Notes under the pieces: model-generated | Databases searched by the model: none | What the model was told of the DNA's origin: nothing | Seen by the model: the letters and a program-made list of their open reading frames with translations, nothing else | From: a bacterium | GTDB lineage: Bacteria; SM23-31 | Length of the DNA: 64,000 nt | NCBI GenBank assembly: GCA_965249485.1 | Contig: OZ252239.1 | Location: 2,208,001-2,272,000 of the forward strand | Direction: 5' to 3' | In this document: positions 28,456 to 38,683 of the stretch, in pieces | Layout of the letters: each line of letters begins with the position of its first letter | Numbering within the stretch: position 1 is the first letter of the stretch | Made by a program: the position numbers and the translations under genes

Positions 28456-30081
28456 ATGCTCAAACATAAACATTTTGCTGTCGCTTTAATTTTTCTTGCT
28501 GGTATTACTTTGTTTTTTTGCACTGCGGAAACAGAGGGGACTTTTATGGCCGGGAGTGGCAATTATGCGGATCTTGTCAGCCTGTTTAACGAATTTCGTG
28601 AGATCCAGCGACCAACGATCACCGATGGCATACATGATTACTCGGCAGCTGCAACGGAGAAACAATACCGCCAACTGAAAACAATACAGAGCCGTTTGGC
28701 TGCGATCGATCCGGGTAGTTGGCCGGTTTCGGAGCAGGTCGATTACCACATGGTTCGCGCAGAGATGAACGCGCTCGAATTTTATCACCGGGTGCTCAAA
28801 CCGTGGTCGCGATTTCCAACGTTCTATCTCAGGACACGCATGGGGACCGGCTCGACGATCTATGATACACTGCCGATCGGAGATGTGCCCGCTCCGGAAA
28901 ACGAAATAGATGAGATTCTTGCAATGCTCACGTCTGCTCCGAAAATTTACGAACAGGCAAAAATCAATCTTATGGATCCTGTCCGGGACAATGCCGAACT
29001 CGCCATCGGGTGGTCGGAAGACGAAATCGAATACTACGACGGCGTCGTGGCCCGGGTCAATGAACAGCTTCCGGATATGGCTCCCGAAGCCGACCGTGCC
29101 CGCAGTGCGGCAGTCGCTTACCGGGACTGGCTCATTGAAAACAGGGATACCATGACCGCTCCCGCGGGAGTCGGCATTGAAAACTATAACTGGTGGTTGA
29201 AGAACGTCCTGCTTTTTCCGTATACCTGGGATGAACTGCTGGTCCTCGCGGAACGCGACTATGAGCGGGCATATTCGGTCTTGAAACTGACCGAGAACCG
29301 GAACCGTGACCTGCCCGAACTCGAAGCGGTGTCGAGCGCAGCGGAATATAAACAGCGTTGGTCAAAATTTGAGGGACATATTCTGCGTTTCCTGCGTGAC
29401 AATGAGATATTCACCGTTCCCGATTACCTGAAACCAACGGGAGCGGATACCTGGTGGAACGAACCCGGCGGACTCGGTGTACAGGAATTTTTCCTGAAGT
29501 GTAGAGACCTAAATCCCCTCGCGGAAATAAGCCACGGCCTGACTGGGCACACGTTTTTCTGGCACCGGCATGAGAGAGACGACCGTCCGATCCGGGGAGC
29601 CTATCCGCAGTTCCGGATGGAAATGCTCATCGACGAGGGACTGGCATTTGCGCTTGAGGAACTGCTATTGAATGCAGGTTTGTATGATGAATATCCACGA
29701 GGAGAAGAAATTACCTATATCGCTCAGGTATTCAGGGCGGTCAGGATGTTAACCGACCTGAAAATACACAGTAATGAATTAACTCTTGAAGATGCCACCC
29801 GCTACTATGTCGAGAAGACTCCCTATGGCTGGGCGCACGGTGACAGTTATAACACCCTGCATGACATCGATATGGGCATTATAAATCCGGGGTATGCAAT
29901 GGCATACATGGGTGGAAAATTCCAGATCGACGGGTTACTTGCCGACCAGGCCCACAGGCTTGGAGAAGATTTCAGTCTGAAAGAGTTTATGGACGACATG
30001 TTTGCGGCGGGCGCCGTCCCGTTTTCGCTCCTCAGATGGGAAATGACCGGCCTGGATGACGAGGTCAGGAAACTGTGGTGA
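28456..30081 (+). CDS. DUF885-family protein, probable lipoprotein
   Basis: QVDYHMVRAEM, EGLAFALEE, PGYAMAYMGGK, FSLKEFMD...G.VP.SL.RWE. Paralog of 49215-50840. Confidence 0.75.
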   Translation: MLKHKHFAVALIFLAGITLFFCTAETEGTFMAGSGNYADLVSLFNEFREIQRPTITDGIHDYSAAATEKQYRQLKTIQSRLAAIDPGSWPVSEQVDYHMVRAEMNALEFYHRVLKPWSRFPTFYLRTRMGTGSTIYDTLPIGDVPAPENEIDEILAMLTSAPKIYEQAKINLMDPVRDNAELAIGWSEDEIEYYDGVVARVNEQLPDMAPEADRARSAAVAYRDWLIENRDTMTAPAGVGIENYNWWLKNVLLFPYTWDELLVLAERDYERAYSVLKLTENRNRDLPELEAVSSAAEYKQRWSKFEGHILRFLRDNEIFTVPDYLKPTGADTWWNEPGGLGVQEFFLKCRDLNPLAEISHGLTGHTFFWHRHERDDRPIRGAYPQFRMEMLIDEGLAFALEELLLNAGLYDEYPRGEEITYIAQVFRAVRMLTDLKIHSNELTLEDATRYYVEKTPYGWAHGDSYNTLHDIDMGIINPGYAMAYMGGKFQIDGLLADQAHRLGEDFSLKEFMDDMFAAGAVPFSLLRWEMTGLDDEVRKLW

Positions 30082-30166
30082 TATACATCAAATGTTAAAA
30101 TGGCGCCATAATTCAACAAAAATCCCAATTATTCTAATTTAGAGAATTGATATGGTGAATATCAGA
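30082..30166 (+). repeat. Intergenic element copy 6 (3' part)
   Basis: TTAGAGAATTGATATGGTGAATATCAGA, 26/28 identical to 21391-21418. Confidence 0.78.
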
Positions 30167-30204
30167 TAAATTTTAAAATTTAATTAATCGGGAGACCTGA
30201 CACT

Positions 30205-31044
30205 ATGAAAACATTCACTACAATAGGAAGAATATACATTATCGGCCTTGTCCTGTCCATGCTTACGCTTCTGCATTTCTGCGACGGCGAACAGACCGGT
30301 TCTGCAACCAGTGACCGTTTGAGCACCTCACCCCGGCATCAGGAGTGGATAACGATCGATACCCCGGGCGGTACATCTCTTTCATCATTCATCGTTTTTC
30401 CTGAAATCAGTGAACCGGCGGCAAGTGTTGTTATTATTCATGAAAACAGAGGACTGACAGACTGGATCCGAACCGTGGCTGACAGGCTTGCCGAAGAAGG
30501 GTATCTTGCGATCAGCCCGGACCTGCTTTCGGGTAAAGGTCCCGGCCGTGGCAATTCCGACTCATTTGCATCGGGGGACGATCTTCGCAGAGCACTTTCC
30601 GATTTGACCAGGGATGAAATAGACGGAAATATCAGGGCGGTCATCGAATATCTCAGAGGGCTTCCCGCCGCATCGGGAAACGTGTCTGTTGCGGGATTCT
30701 GCTGGGGAGGCAGAAACACCTTTAACTTTGCGGCACATGGTGCTGATTCGGAGATAGATGCCGCTTTTGTTTTTTACGGGACGCCCCCCGAGACTGAAAT
30801 GATGGATTTGATACAGTGCCCTGTGTACGGATTTTATGGAGAAGATGACAATCGGGTTACCAGCACCGTGGAATCAACGACAGAATCGATGGCATCTTTG
30901 CAAAAGATCTATGATCCGGTGATTTATCCCGGCGCCGGTCACGGATTTATGCGGGCAGGAGAAGATACAGACGCATCTGCAGCAATCAGAGAGGCATTTG
31001 AAAAAGGCTGGGAGCGGTTTTTAGGTCTGCTGAGTTCACAGTAA
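30205..31044 (+). CDS. Dienelactone hydrolase family protein
   Basis: IHENRGL, GFCWGG nucleophile elbow, YGEDDNRV, YPGAGHGF. Confidence 0.9.
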   Translation: MKTFTTIGRIYIIGLVLSMLTLLHFCDGEQTGSATSDRLSTSPRHQEWITIDTPGGTSLSSFIVFPEISEPAASVVIIHENRGLTDWIRTVADRLAEEGYLAISPDLLSGKGPGRGNSDSFASGDDLRRALSDLTRDEIDGNIRAVIEYLRGLPAASGNVSVAGFCWGGRNTFNFAAHGADSEIDAAFVFYGTPPETEMMDLIQCPVYGFYGEDDNRVTSTVESTTESMASLQKIYDPVIYPGAGHGFMRAGEDTDASAAIREAFEKGWERFLGLLSSQ

Positions 31045-31320
31045 TAGTGAAAATGCTACATAAAATTCAAATGTTAAAAATCAAATTTAAAATTCGTAAA
31101 TCCCATAGAATTGAATAGTTTTGATATATAAGCTTACTCTAATGCTCCCTTATAATCAGAAAACGCGGAAAGCAAAGCAGAAATAAACATCCTGTACGCA
31201 ATCAGCACTATTACAGCTTCCATAAACAGCTGTATTACAAGATTTGTAAAGATTACAATATAATCAGAAATATTATCTTCTGATTTCTATTACTTGATAG
31301 CTATTTCTGGAGAGATATGT

Positions 31321-31965
31321 ATGATTAAAGGTGTTATTTTTGATATGGACGGTGTTATTGTTGATTCCGAGAGTTTTATCTGTAAGGCTGCAATAAAGAT
31401 GTTTTCCGAACATGGTATTAATGCCCAAACTGCTGATTTTATTCCATTCATCGGTACTGGTGAGAGCAGATATTTGGGTGGTGTAGCTGAGAAATACGGT
31501 TTCCCGATTGATATAGAAAGAGATAAAGCACGGACCTATGCAATTTATACAGAGATTATTAAGGGTAAACTGCAGCCGCTTCCGGGGGTGAATGATTTTA
31601 TCAAGCGTTGCAAGAACCGTTCTTTAAAAATTGCATTGGCTACAAGTGCTGATGAAGTTAAAATGGTTGCCAATCTCAATGAAATAGGGATCTTACCGGA
31701 AACTTTCGACGCTACTGTTAATGGATTAGAAGTGGATAAAAAGAAACCAGATCCAGAAATATTTATTACCGCCGCAGAGAGAATAGGTCTTCGATGTTCG
31801 GACTGTCTTGTGGTTGAAGATGCTGTGAATGGTGTAAAAGCAGCAAAAGAGTCAGGAGCCTTGTGTCTGGCACTAACAACAAGTTTTACAACTGATGATC
31901 TCAAAGATGCGGACTGGTTTGCACCAACGCTGCAAGAAGCTCCGGAAGAAGCAATTGTGTGGTAG
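31321..31965 (+). CDS. HAD-superfamily (subfamily IA) phosphatase / beta-PGM-like
   Basis: FDMDGVIVDSE, KPDPEIF, VEDAVNG. ATG 31321 follows GGAG (ORF track start 31294). Confidence 0.9.
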   Translation: MIKGVIFDMDGVIVDSESFICKAAIKMFSEHGINAQTADFIPFIGTGESRYLGGVAEKYGFPIDIERDKARTYAIYTEIIKGKLQPLPGVNDFIKRCKNRSLKIALATSADEVKMVANLNEIGILPETFDATVNGLEVDKKKPDPEIFITAAERIGLRCSDCLVVEDAVNGVKAAKESGALCLALTTSFTTDDLKDADWFAPTLQEAPEEAIVW

Positions 31966-32000
31966 CCCATTTTATCAGTAAAATAAATTATGAATAAAAA

Positions 32001-33575
32001 ATGAATAATAAATCTATTATAGTCGCTGTTGACGGTGCAACAAATATTAAATTAGAAGTATTAGACTTTGATACATTGACGACGGTTCACTCACAGGACA
32101 CTTCATCACCGGTAAAAGAGGTGGATGGATTAAAATATAACTGCACAGCTGAAGAGTGCCGATGGTTTGACAGTTCAATACAGTCTCTGCCTTATGAATT
32201 GAAAAATGCAGCAGTGATTGCTTCTGCTGCCAGGGGTTGCTCCGGTGGTCTGGTTTGTTCTGATAATACACTTATTGAAGTCCCCGGTGAAGGGCTTACA
32301 TTGGCATATACACAGGATTATCCGGAAGAAGTAGAGGAAAAATTTAGAGAACTCAGTGGTTCGGAAAAAGATTTCTTCCTCGAGACCGGCTCTATTGGGA
32401 ATTTTCCCGGGAGTCTAACTCTTATAAAGCGGCTTCTGTTTGAGGAAATGGAGCGTCCCGCACTACTTGAAAAAGCAGAAACATTTGTTACTTATGGAAT
32501 ATTAATGACGGGACATTTTCTTGGCGATGATTTCCTGAAAGCAAATAAAACTGCGGGAAATATACATGGTTACTGGATGTGCCATTCAGGTGCGCGGAAT
32601 ATTAATGAAACACCGGGGACTCCTAGTAAATGTGCTGAACACATAAAGTCATTTTTTAAGTTAATACCCCGGGAACCGGCAGTAGCTTACAAACCGATTG
32701 GAATTGTCCCTGATAATCTTTCCCAATCGTTAGGGCTCTTAGGCGATGTAATAGTTGTCCCGGGAGAGCATGATACCTGCCTTTCACATATCCCGGTTAT
32801 GTCAACATTTTACCAGTCGTTTCCTGAACATAAAGGAAATCCGGTTGTTCATGTCGATGCCGGAACCTGGACAATGATTGCCCAGATAGGAGGGGACATA
32901 AATTTGCCCGAAGATGGTTATAGAAAAGGTGTATTTGTGCAGGGAACTGTGGATGGAGAGCCAGTTGTAACGGCAAGTTACGGTGGAGGTAGTGATTTTA
33001 AATTTACAAAAAGTTTAGTAGAGGATAAAGGGTTCAGATTTGCTCTTGAGTTTAATGAGTCATTATTGGAACAAATTGTAAATGAGGCTGACTGTTTTAT
33101 ACTGCCTAATATCAATCCGAACAACTATCAGACAGGCCCATTCCCCGGTCTGAAAGGAAAAATTCTGAACGAAAATAAATTGTATGAAAATCCTGTAGAA
33201 GCATGTATCATTGCTAATCTTACAACAGCAATAACAACGGCATTGCAGATTGAAACGATAGTAAAAGACAAATCAATTCCCGTCGTGCTAACCGCAGGAG
33301 GTTCAAAAGATAAATACTTCGGGAGACTGCTTGCTTCACTCACTAAACGTAAAATATTTGCAATGTTTGATAGAACCGGAAAACCATTATCCGAGACGAC
33401 GACTTTGGGCGCTGCCATAGTTGGCAAATCCGCGTGTTTGAATATTCACCCATATAATGTTGACTTAACTTCTTTAGGTATCTCATATCAGGAATTAAAA
33501 CCCCTTTCCGATAATATTAATTTAGTGAATTATAAAGAAAAACTAATAAAGGAAATTAACAGTCATTCCGATTGA
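32001..33575 (+). CDS. FGGY-family carbohydrate kinase, resembling rhizobial RhaK
   Basis: VDGATNIK, TY, MCHS, PGEHDT, DAGTW, GGGSDF, TAGGS, TTLGAA. Confidence 0.7.
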   Translation: MNNKSIIVAVDGATNIKLEVLDFDTLTTVHSQDTSSPVKEVDGLKYNCTAEECRWFDSSIQSLPYELKNAAVIASAARGCSGGLVCSDNTLIEVPGEGLTLAYTQDYPEEVEEKFRELSGSEKDFFLETGSIGNFPGSLTLIKRLLFEEMERPALLEKAETFVTYGILMTGHFLGDDFLKANKTAGNIHGYWMCHSGARNINETPGTPSKCAEHIKSFFKLIPREPAVAYKPIGIVPDNLSQSLGLLGDVIVVPGEHDTCLSHIPVMSTFYQSFPEHKGNPVVHVDAGTWTMIAQIGGDINLPEDGYRKGVFVQGTVDGEPVVTASYGGGSDFKFTKSLVEDKGFRFALEFNESLLEQIVNEADCFILPNINPNNYQTGPFPGLKGKILNENKLYENPVEACIIANLTTAITTALQIETIVKDKSIPVVLTAGGSKDKYFGRLLASLTKRKIFAMFDRTGKPLSETTTLGAAIVGKSACLNIHPYNVDLTSLGISYQELKPLSDNINLVNYKEKLIKEINSHSD

Positions 33576-33841
33576 TAAATCTGGTATTTAATGTTAGATT
33601 AAGTGGTATTTTAAACTACATACAACGACTATAAATATACTTGATAATCGAGATTCTTTATTATAAAAAGGAATAAACAGTAAAATGACAGGACGTAAAG
33701 AAGGTAAACATGGAAAGACTTAAAAATTCTTTTTATTATCAACTAATATTTCCTATCTTGTTTTGACGATTTGTGGCCACTTCCTTCAGTCTTCCCACAT
33801 TATTTCAAAAGTGAAATTTAGCAAAAACAAAGACTAAAAGT

Positions 33842-35368
33842 ATGTATTCTATGGCCGATCAAAGACAATCTAAAGGTGAGAAACCCTTCTTGATAATGGA
33901 AAATATATCAAAGTATTTTCCCGGAGTTCTCGCCTTGGATGATGTGTCGATAACTGTGAATTCCGGAGAAGTGCTTGTCTTATTGGGTGAAAACGGAGCC
34001 GGCAAATCGACATTGATGAAAATTTTAACCGGTGCTTATCCAAAAGATACAGGCAGAGTTTTTATACGGGACGAAGAGATTGAAATAAATAATCCCCGTG
34101 AGGCATTGGATCTGGGCATCAATATGGTCTACCAGGAATCCAATCTGGCACTCCATCTGAACGTTGCGGAGAACATATTTTTAGGCAGAGAATTCCTGCT
34201 CTATTCCGGACTTGGAATTATTGACCGGAAGACGATGTATGAGAAGACTGAAGTGTTATTGGAGACCCTAAACCTGCAAGTTTCTCCAGAAACACCCGCA
34301 AAAAATCTGACAATTGCGCACCGCCAGATGGTGGAGATAGTAAAAGCTCTGTCGGCGGGAGCGGATATTATTGTTCTCGATGAGCCGACAGCATCACTGA
34401 CGGATCAGGAGATCGAACAACTTTTCAATATTATCAGGCAGCTCAAACTTCAGGGAGTAGCATTCATATACATATCCCACTGCCTTGAAGAAATTGCCGA
34501 AATAGGTGACCGGGTCATTGTATTACGCGACGGTCAATTGATCGGAACAGTTCCGCCATCGACTTCAATGGATACCTTAATACAAATGATGGTCGGAAGA
34601 GACGTGGAAGAGCTGTTTCCAAAAGCGATCGTTCCTAAAGGCGTGGAGCTCCTCCGCGTCGATTCATTATGCAGTAAAGGCGTTCTTGATACCATATCGT
34701 TCTCTATCCGGGAAGGAGAGATAGTCGGAATTGCAGGGCTTGTCGGTGCGAGGAGAACCGAACTTGCACGAACTATATTCGGAGCGGACCCGGGAGATTC
34801 AGGCCGGATATATCTTCGGGGACACGAAGTGCGAATCGAATCACCCGCGGACGCGATAAAACGTGGTATAGGTTATCTCAGCGAAGACCGGAAACTATTC
34901 AGCCTTGCCCTGAATATGTCGGTTAAAGCCAACATCACGCTCGCAAGCTTGAAAAACTACTGTTTCGGACCCTTTCTGAATCGGATGAAAGAATCGGTCC
35001 TGGCGGAAAAATACATTGAAGACCTTGCAATAAAAGCTGTTAATCAGAATCAGAACGTTCAGTATCTCAGTGGAGGAAACCAGCAAAAGGTCGTCCTTGC
35101 CCGCTGGATAGCAACGGATGCTCAAGTTCTCATTTTCGATGAACCCACAACGGGTGTGGATGTTGGAGCAAAGGTTGAGGTCTATCAGCTTATGAACCGA
35201 TTAGTGATGAATGGTAAAGCAATTATATTTATTTCTTCGTATTTGCCTGAACTACTGGCGTTGTGTGACAGGATTCTTGTGATGAGCAGTGGTAAGATCA
35301 CTCGTGAAATTCCTCGTGAAAAAGCTACTCAGGAAGAGATACTTTACTATAGCGCCGTTGGAAATTGA
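33842..35368 (+). CDS. Monosaccharide ABC transporter ATP-binding protein (CUT2, RbsA-like)
   Basis: GENGAGKST, LDEPT, LSGGNQQKV; two NBDs. Confidence 0.95.
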   Translation: MYSMADQRQSKGEKPFLIMENISKYFPGVLALDDVSITVNSGEVLVLLGENGAGKSTLMKILTGAYPKDTGRVFIRDEEIEINNPREALDLGINMVYQESNLALHLNVAENIFLGREFLLYSGLGIIDRKTMYEKTEVLLETLNLQVSPETPAKNLTIAHRQMVEIVKALSAGADIIVLDEPTASLTDQEIEQLFNIIRQLKLQGVAFIYISHCLEEIAEIGDRVIVLRDGQLIGTVPPSTSMDTLIQMMVGRDVEELFPKAIVPKGVELLRVDSLCSKGVLDTISFSIREGEIVGIAGLVGARRTELARTIFGADPGDSGRIYLRGHEVRIESPADAIKRGIGYLSEDRKLFSLALNMSVKANITLASLKNYCFGPFLNRMKESVLAEKYIEDLAIKAVNQNQNVQYLSGGNQQKVVLARWIATDAQVLIFDEPTTGVDVGAKVEVYQLMNRLVMNGKAIIFISSYLPELLALCDRILVMSSGKITREIPREKATQEEILYYSAVGN

Positions 35369-35415
35369 TAATAATATTGATGAATAAAAACTCGAATTTC
35401 ATTAGAATGTAGCAC

Positions 35416-36402
35416 GTGCTTATGGCCGATATTAACAGTAAAAATAATCTGAATCAAAATTCATTTGGGGTGCTGTTTGGAAAACTTGCGTCCTTTGTAA
35501 GTTTGGTAATTCTTTGTATCGTATTATCTATTCTCTCTCCTTACTTTCTTACCGTTGAAAACTTATTTGCTATCGGATTGCAGATATCGGTTATAGCTAT
35601 CATGGCGGTCGGACAGATGATGATCATAATATCTGCCGGAATAGATCTTTCGGTCGGTTCTCTTCTCGCGCTGTCCGGGGTAGTATGTACATCGCTTGTT
35701 GTAGCGGGTTATCCGTTATTCATATCGGTACTGAGCGGAATTATGATTGCCACGCTTTGTGGAACTTTCAACGGAATTGTAATTGCAAAAGGACGGATTC
35801 CGCCGTTTATTGCTACATTGGGAATGATGGGAATAGCTCGAGGAATAGCATTGGTTATATCAGGCGGTGCAGGAGTACAGATCGTCTCTATATCTGAGAC
35901 GTACGCATTTATCGGCGGCGGCCGGGTATTTGGCGTTGTTCCGGTCCCCGTTATTATTACACTCATCGTGGTCCTGATCGGTTTCGGTATAGTGCGTTAC
36001 ACACGAATGGGACGGTACACCTATGCAATAGGCAGTAATGCTGAAGCAGCACGGCTTTCGGGAGTGAACGTCAAAAAATACCTCATAATGATCTATACTT
36101 TTTGCGGATTGTTATGCGGATCGGCAGGAGTGATCCTTTCGTCCCGAATGCGGTCGGGTCAACCGACAGCGGGAACTGGCTGGGAATTGGATGTTATCGC
36201 AGCGTGTGTTATCGGCGGCGCAAGTCTGAGCGGCGGTGAAGGGAGGATTCTCGGTGCGGTGATTGGAGCACTCATAATGGGTGTTCTGAGAAATGGGAGT
36301 AATCTGTTAGATATTTCCGCTTTCTGGCAGCAGATAGCGATCGGTGCTATCATTATAGTCGCTGTATTTATAGACCAATACAAACATGCCCATCGGCAAT
36401 AA
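35416..36402 (+). CDS. Monosaccharide ABC transporter permease (RbsC-like)
   Basis: GIDLSVGS, PPFIATLG, GSNAEAARLSGV, ELDVIAACVIGGASLSGG. Confidence 0.95.
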   Translation: MLMADINSKNNLNQNSFGVLFGKLASFVSLVILCIVLSILSPYFLTVENLFAIGLQISVIAIMAVGQMMIIISAGIDLSVGSLLALSGVVCTSLVVAGYPLFISVLSGIMIATLCGTFNGIVIAKGRIPPFIATLGMMGIARGIALVISGGAGVQIVSISETYAFIGGGRVFGVVPVPVIITLIVVLIGFGIVRYTRMGRYTYAIGSNAEAARLSGVNVKKYLIMIYTFCGLLCGSAGVILSSRMRSGQPTAGTGWELDVIAACVIGGASLSGGEGRILGAVIGALIMGVLRNGSNLLDISAFWQQIAIGAIIIVAVFIDQYKHAHRQ

Positions 36403-36415
36403 TAAAGGAGCAAAG

Positions 36416-37384
36416 GTGACAAAGTTTCAAAACATGATCAGCAAATTTGCATTTTTTACTCTTATAACCATTACAGTTTTCATGTATTGCGGCAGGGAAA
36501 AATCGGACAGACTTCAGATACTTGTGTCTCCAAAAGGTCTGACACATAATTTTTGGCTTACGGTCAAAGCCGGGGCGGATTCTGCAGCAAAAGAATTTGA
36601 TGTCGATGTGATCTGGAAAGGAACTGCTGTTGAAACGGACATTGCCGGTCAAATTAGCATAATTGAAGATTACGTTAACAGGCAGGTTGATGCTATAGTC
36701 ATGGCTGCAACTGATACAAAAGCGTTGATACCTCCAATCGAGGCAGCAGATCGTGCGGGGATACCGGTTATTACCATTGATTCTGGTCTCGACTCGGATG
36801 TGCCGCTCAGTTTTATAGCGACTGATAATGTCTATGGAGCACAAAAAGCTGCCGATGTTCTCGCAGAACTGATCGGCGAAGAGGGTGATGTTGCGTGTTT
36901 TCCGTTTATTCCCGGAGCTGCAACGTCGATCTGGCGTGAAGAAGGTTTTATAAAAGGATTGAAGAAGTATCCGAATATCAATCTTGTAGCCGTGCAGTAC
37001 TGTCAATCTGATGTTGCAACAGCAATGGCAATAACCGAAAATATTCTGACCGCACATCCGGATCTAAAAGGTATATTCGCCGCAAATGAGGCGTGCGCAA
37101 TAGGCGCAGCCCAGGCGTTACGTTCCAGAAATGTCCAGGGAAAAGTAAAGCTGGTCGCGTTTGATGCTTCCCCAAATGAGATCGAATCGTTAAAAGAGGG
37201 AGTGATTCAGGCTCTTATTGTACAGCGCCCGTTTACGATGGGATATTTAGGAGTGAAGTCCGCAATAGATGCTATCAACGGCAAACAACTTGAAAAACGG
37301 ATCGATACAGGCATTACGATTGCTACAACACAAAATCTTAATGAACCGGATATTCAGAAAATTCTCTATCCGCTCGGCAAATGA
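36416..37384 (+). CDS. Monosaccharide ABC transporter substrate-binding lipoprotein
   Basis: Periplasmic binding protein type I motifs (FWLTVKAGA, IATDN, VAFD, VQRP). GTG 36416 follows AAGGAG (ORF track start 36386). Confidence 0.92.
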   Translation: MTKFQNMISKFAFFTLITITVFMYCGREKSDRLQILVSPKGLTHNFWLTVKAGADSAAKEFDVDVIWKGTAVETDIAGQISIIEDYVNRQVDAIVMAATDTKALIPPIEAADRAGIPVITIDSGLDSDVPLSFIATDNVYGAQKAADVLAELIGEEGDVACFPFIPGAATSIWREEGFIKGLKKYPNINLVAVQYCQSDVATAMAITENILTAHPDLKGIFAANEACAIGAAQALRSRNVQGKVKLVAFDASPNEIESLKEGVIQALIVQRPFTMGYLGVKSAIDAINGKQLEKRIDTGITIATTQNLNEPDIQKILYPLGK

Positions 37385-37450
37385 TCTAATTGAATTTTCA
37401 TAGTGAACAAAAGCACTATTTTCAATCACTATGCTTGGAGGACAGTTTCC

Positions 37451-38683
37451 ATGGTAACAGGTACAATGAAAACATCTGTCATAAAGAGTGCACTTGAACA
37501 AGGCGAAGGTATTGTACGATTAGCGCCCTGCTGGGTACCTCGATCATTTGTACAACCGGGGGGACGATTAAAATTAGATCCACGTGACTTGTATGCATGC
37601 GGAGCACATCGGGGCGGAATAGATGAACGGTGGTTTTCTTCCACAACAGTTGCCGATAACGGCCCCGGTACACCGGAAAATGAAGGATTAAGTTATCTTG
37701 TTTATGAAAAGAATTCAAGGGTTGATACGGTTCTTTTCAGGGATGCCATTGATCTTCTGGGTAATGAGTTTCTGGGGAAGAAAATTATGGAAAAGTACAA
37801 GGGATGGATGATGTTTTGTAAATTTTTTGATAATCTGGGGCCAATTCCGCATCATATGCACCAGATGGACGAGCACGCTGAAAAAGTTGGTATGCTCGGA
37901 AAACCTGAAGCATATTATTTTCCTCCACAATTAAATTTCTTCGGAAATAATTTTCCCAACACCTTTTTTGGTTTGGAACCCGGTACAACTCAGGACGATG
38001 TAATTCAATGCCTTAAACAATGGGACGAGGGAGATAATCACATTTTAGATCATTCAAAAGCATATCGTTTAGAACCTGGAACCGCCTGGGATATACCTCC
38101 GGGGATTCTCCATGCTCCAGGATCATTAGTGACGTATGAACCTCAGGGAGCTTCAGACGTACTCTCAATTTTTCAGTCGTTGGTAGAAGGACGATTTGTC
38201 CCCAGAGATCTACTGGTGAAAAATGTCCCTGAGGAATACCATTATGATTATGATTATTTGGTAAGCATGCTGGACTGGGAAGCGAATACAGACCCTGAAT
38301 TCAAGAAAAACCATTTTCTGCCGTGCCTCCCGGTAGATGACAGGCAAGCAATGGATGATGCCGGATATCAGGAATTGTGGGTGACGTATAACTCTGATGA
38401 ATTTGCCGCAAAGGAATTGACAGTTTATCCAGGCCGCACCATGACAATAAAGGACGATGGAGCATATGGACTCATTCTCACCCAGGGAAGGGGAAAACTT
38501 GGTGTTTGGGATGTAGAAACGCCCACAAAAATCAGGTATGGAGAGTTGACAAGAGATGAATTTTTTGTAACGTATGATGCTGCCTATAGCGGTATTGTCA
38601 TCACGAATACCAGTATATCAGAAAATCTTGTAATGTTAAAACATTTTGGCCCTGGGAATGAAAGTGCTCCTAAAATTACATAA
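37451..38683 (+). CDS. Cupin-type protein resembling type I mannose-6-phosphate isomerase
   Basis: DERW, HHMHQ, KPEAYYF, PGILHAPG, YEPQ..SD metal-site pattern. ATG 37451 follows GGAGG (ORF track start 37403). Confidence 0.65.
   Translation: MVTGTMKTSVIKSALEQGEGIVRLAPCWVPRSFVQPGGRLKLDPRDLYACGAHRGGIDERWFSSTTVADNGPGTPENEGLSYLVYEKNSRVDTVLFRDAIDLLGNEFLGKKIMEKYKGWMMFCKFFDNLGPIPHHMHQMDEHAEKVGMLGKPEAYYFPPQLNFFGNNFPNTFFGLEPGTTQDDVIQCLKQWDEGDNHILDHSKAYRLEPGTAWDIPPGILHAPGSLVTYEPQGASDVLSIFQSLVEGRFVPRDLLVKNVPEEYHYDYDYLVSMLDWEANTDPEFKKNHFLPCLPVDDRQAMDDAGYQELWVTYNSDEFAAKELTVYPGRTMTIKDDGAYGLILTQGRGKLGVWDVETPTKIRYGELTRDEFFVTYDAAYSGIVITNTSISENLVMLKHFGPGNESAPKIT

Noticed and set aside
21243..30166. Repeats as a CRISPR array or integron attC sites
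   Set aside because: The copies are long, degenerate and separated by whole genes. I found no RYYYAAC...GTTRRRY ends with a long dyad, and no cas or intI gene.
33710..33766. Mini-ORF MERLKNSFYYQLIFPILF* with a GAAGG SD before the ABC ATPase
   Set aside because: Too short to tell a leader peptide or gene remnant from chance; no supporting homology.
36368..37057. 229-aa minus-strand ORF and the many other short antisense or alternate-frame ORFs (e.g. 51844-52440, 10658-11131)
   Set aside because: They lie within well-supported genes and have no recognisable motifs; shadow ORFs.
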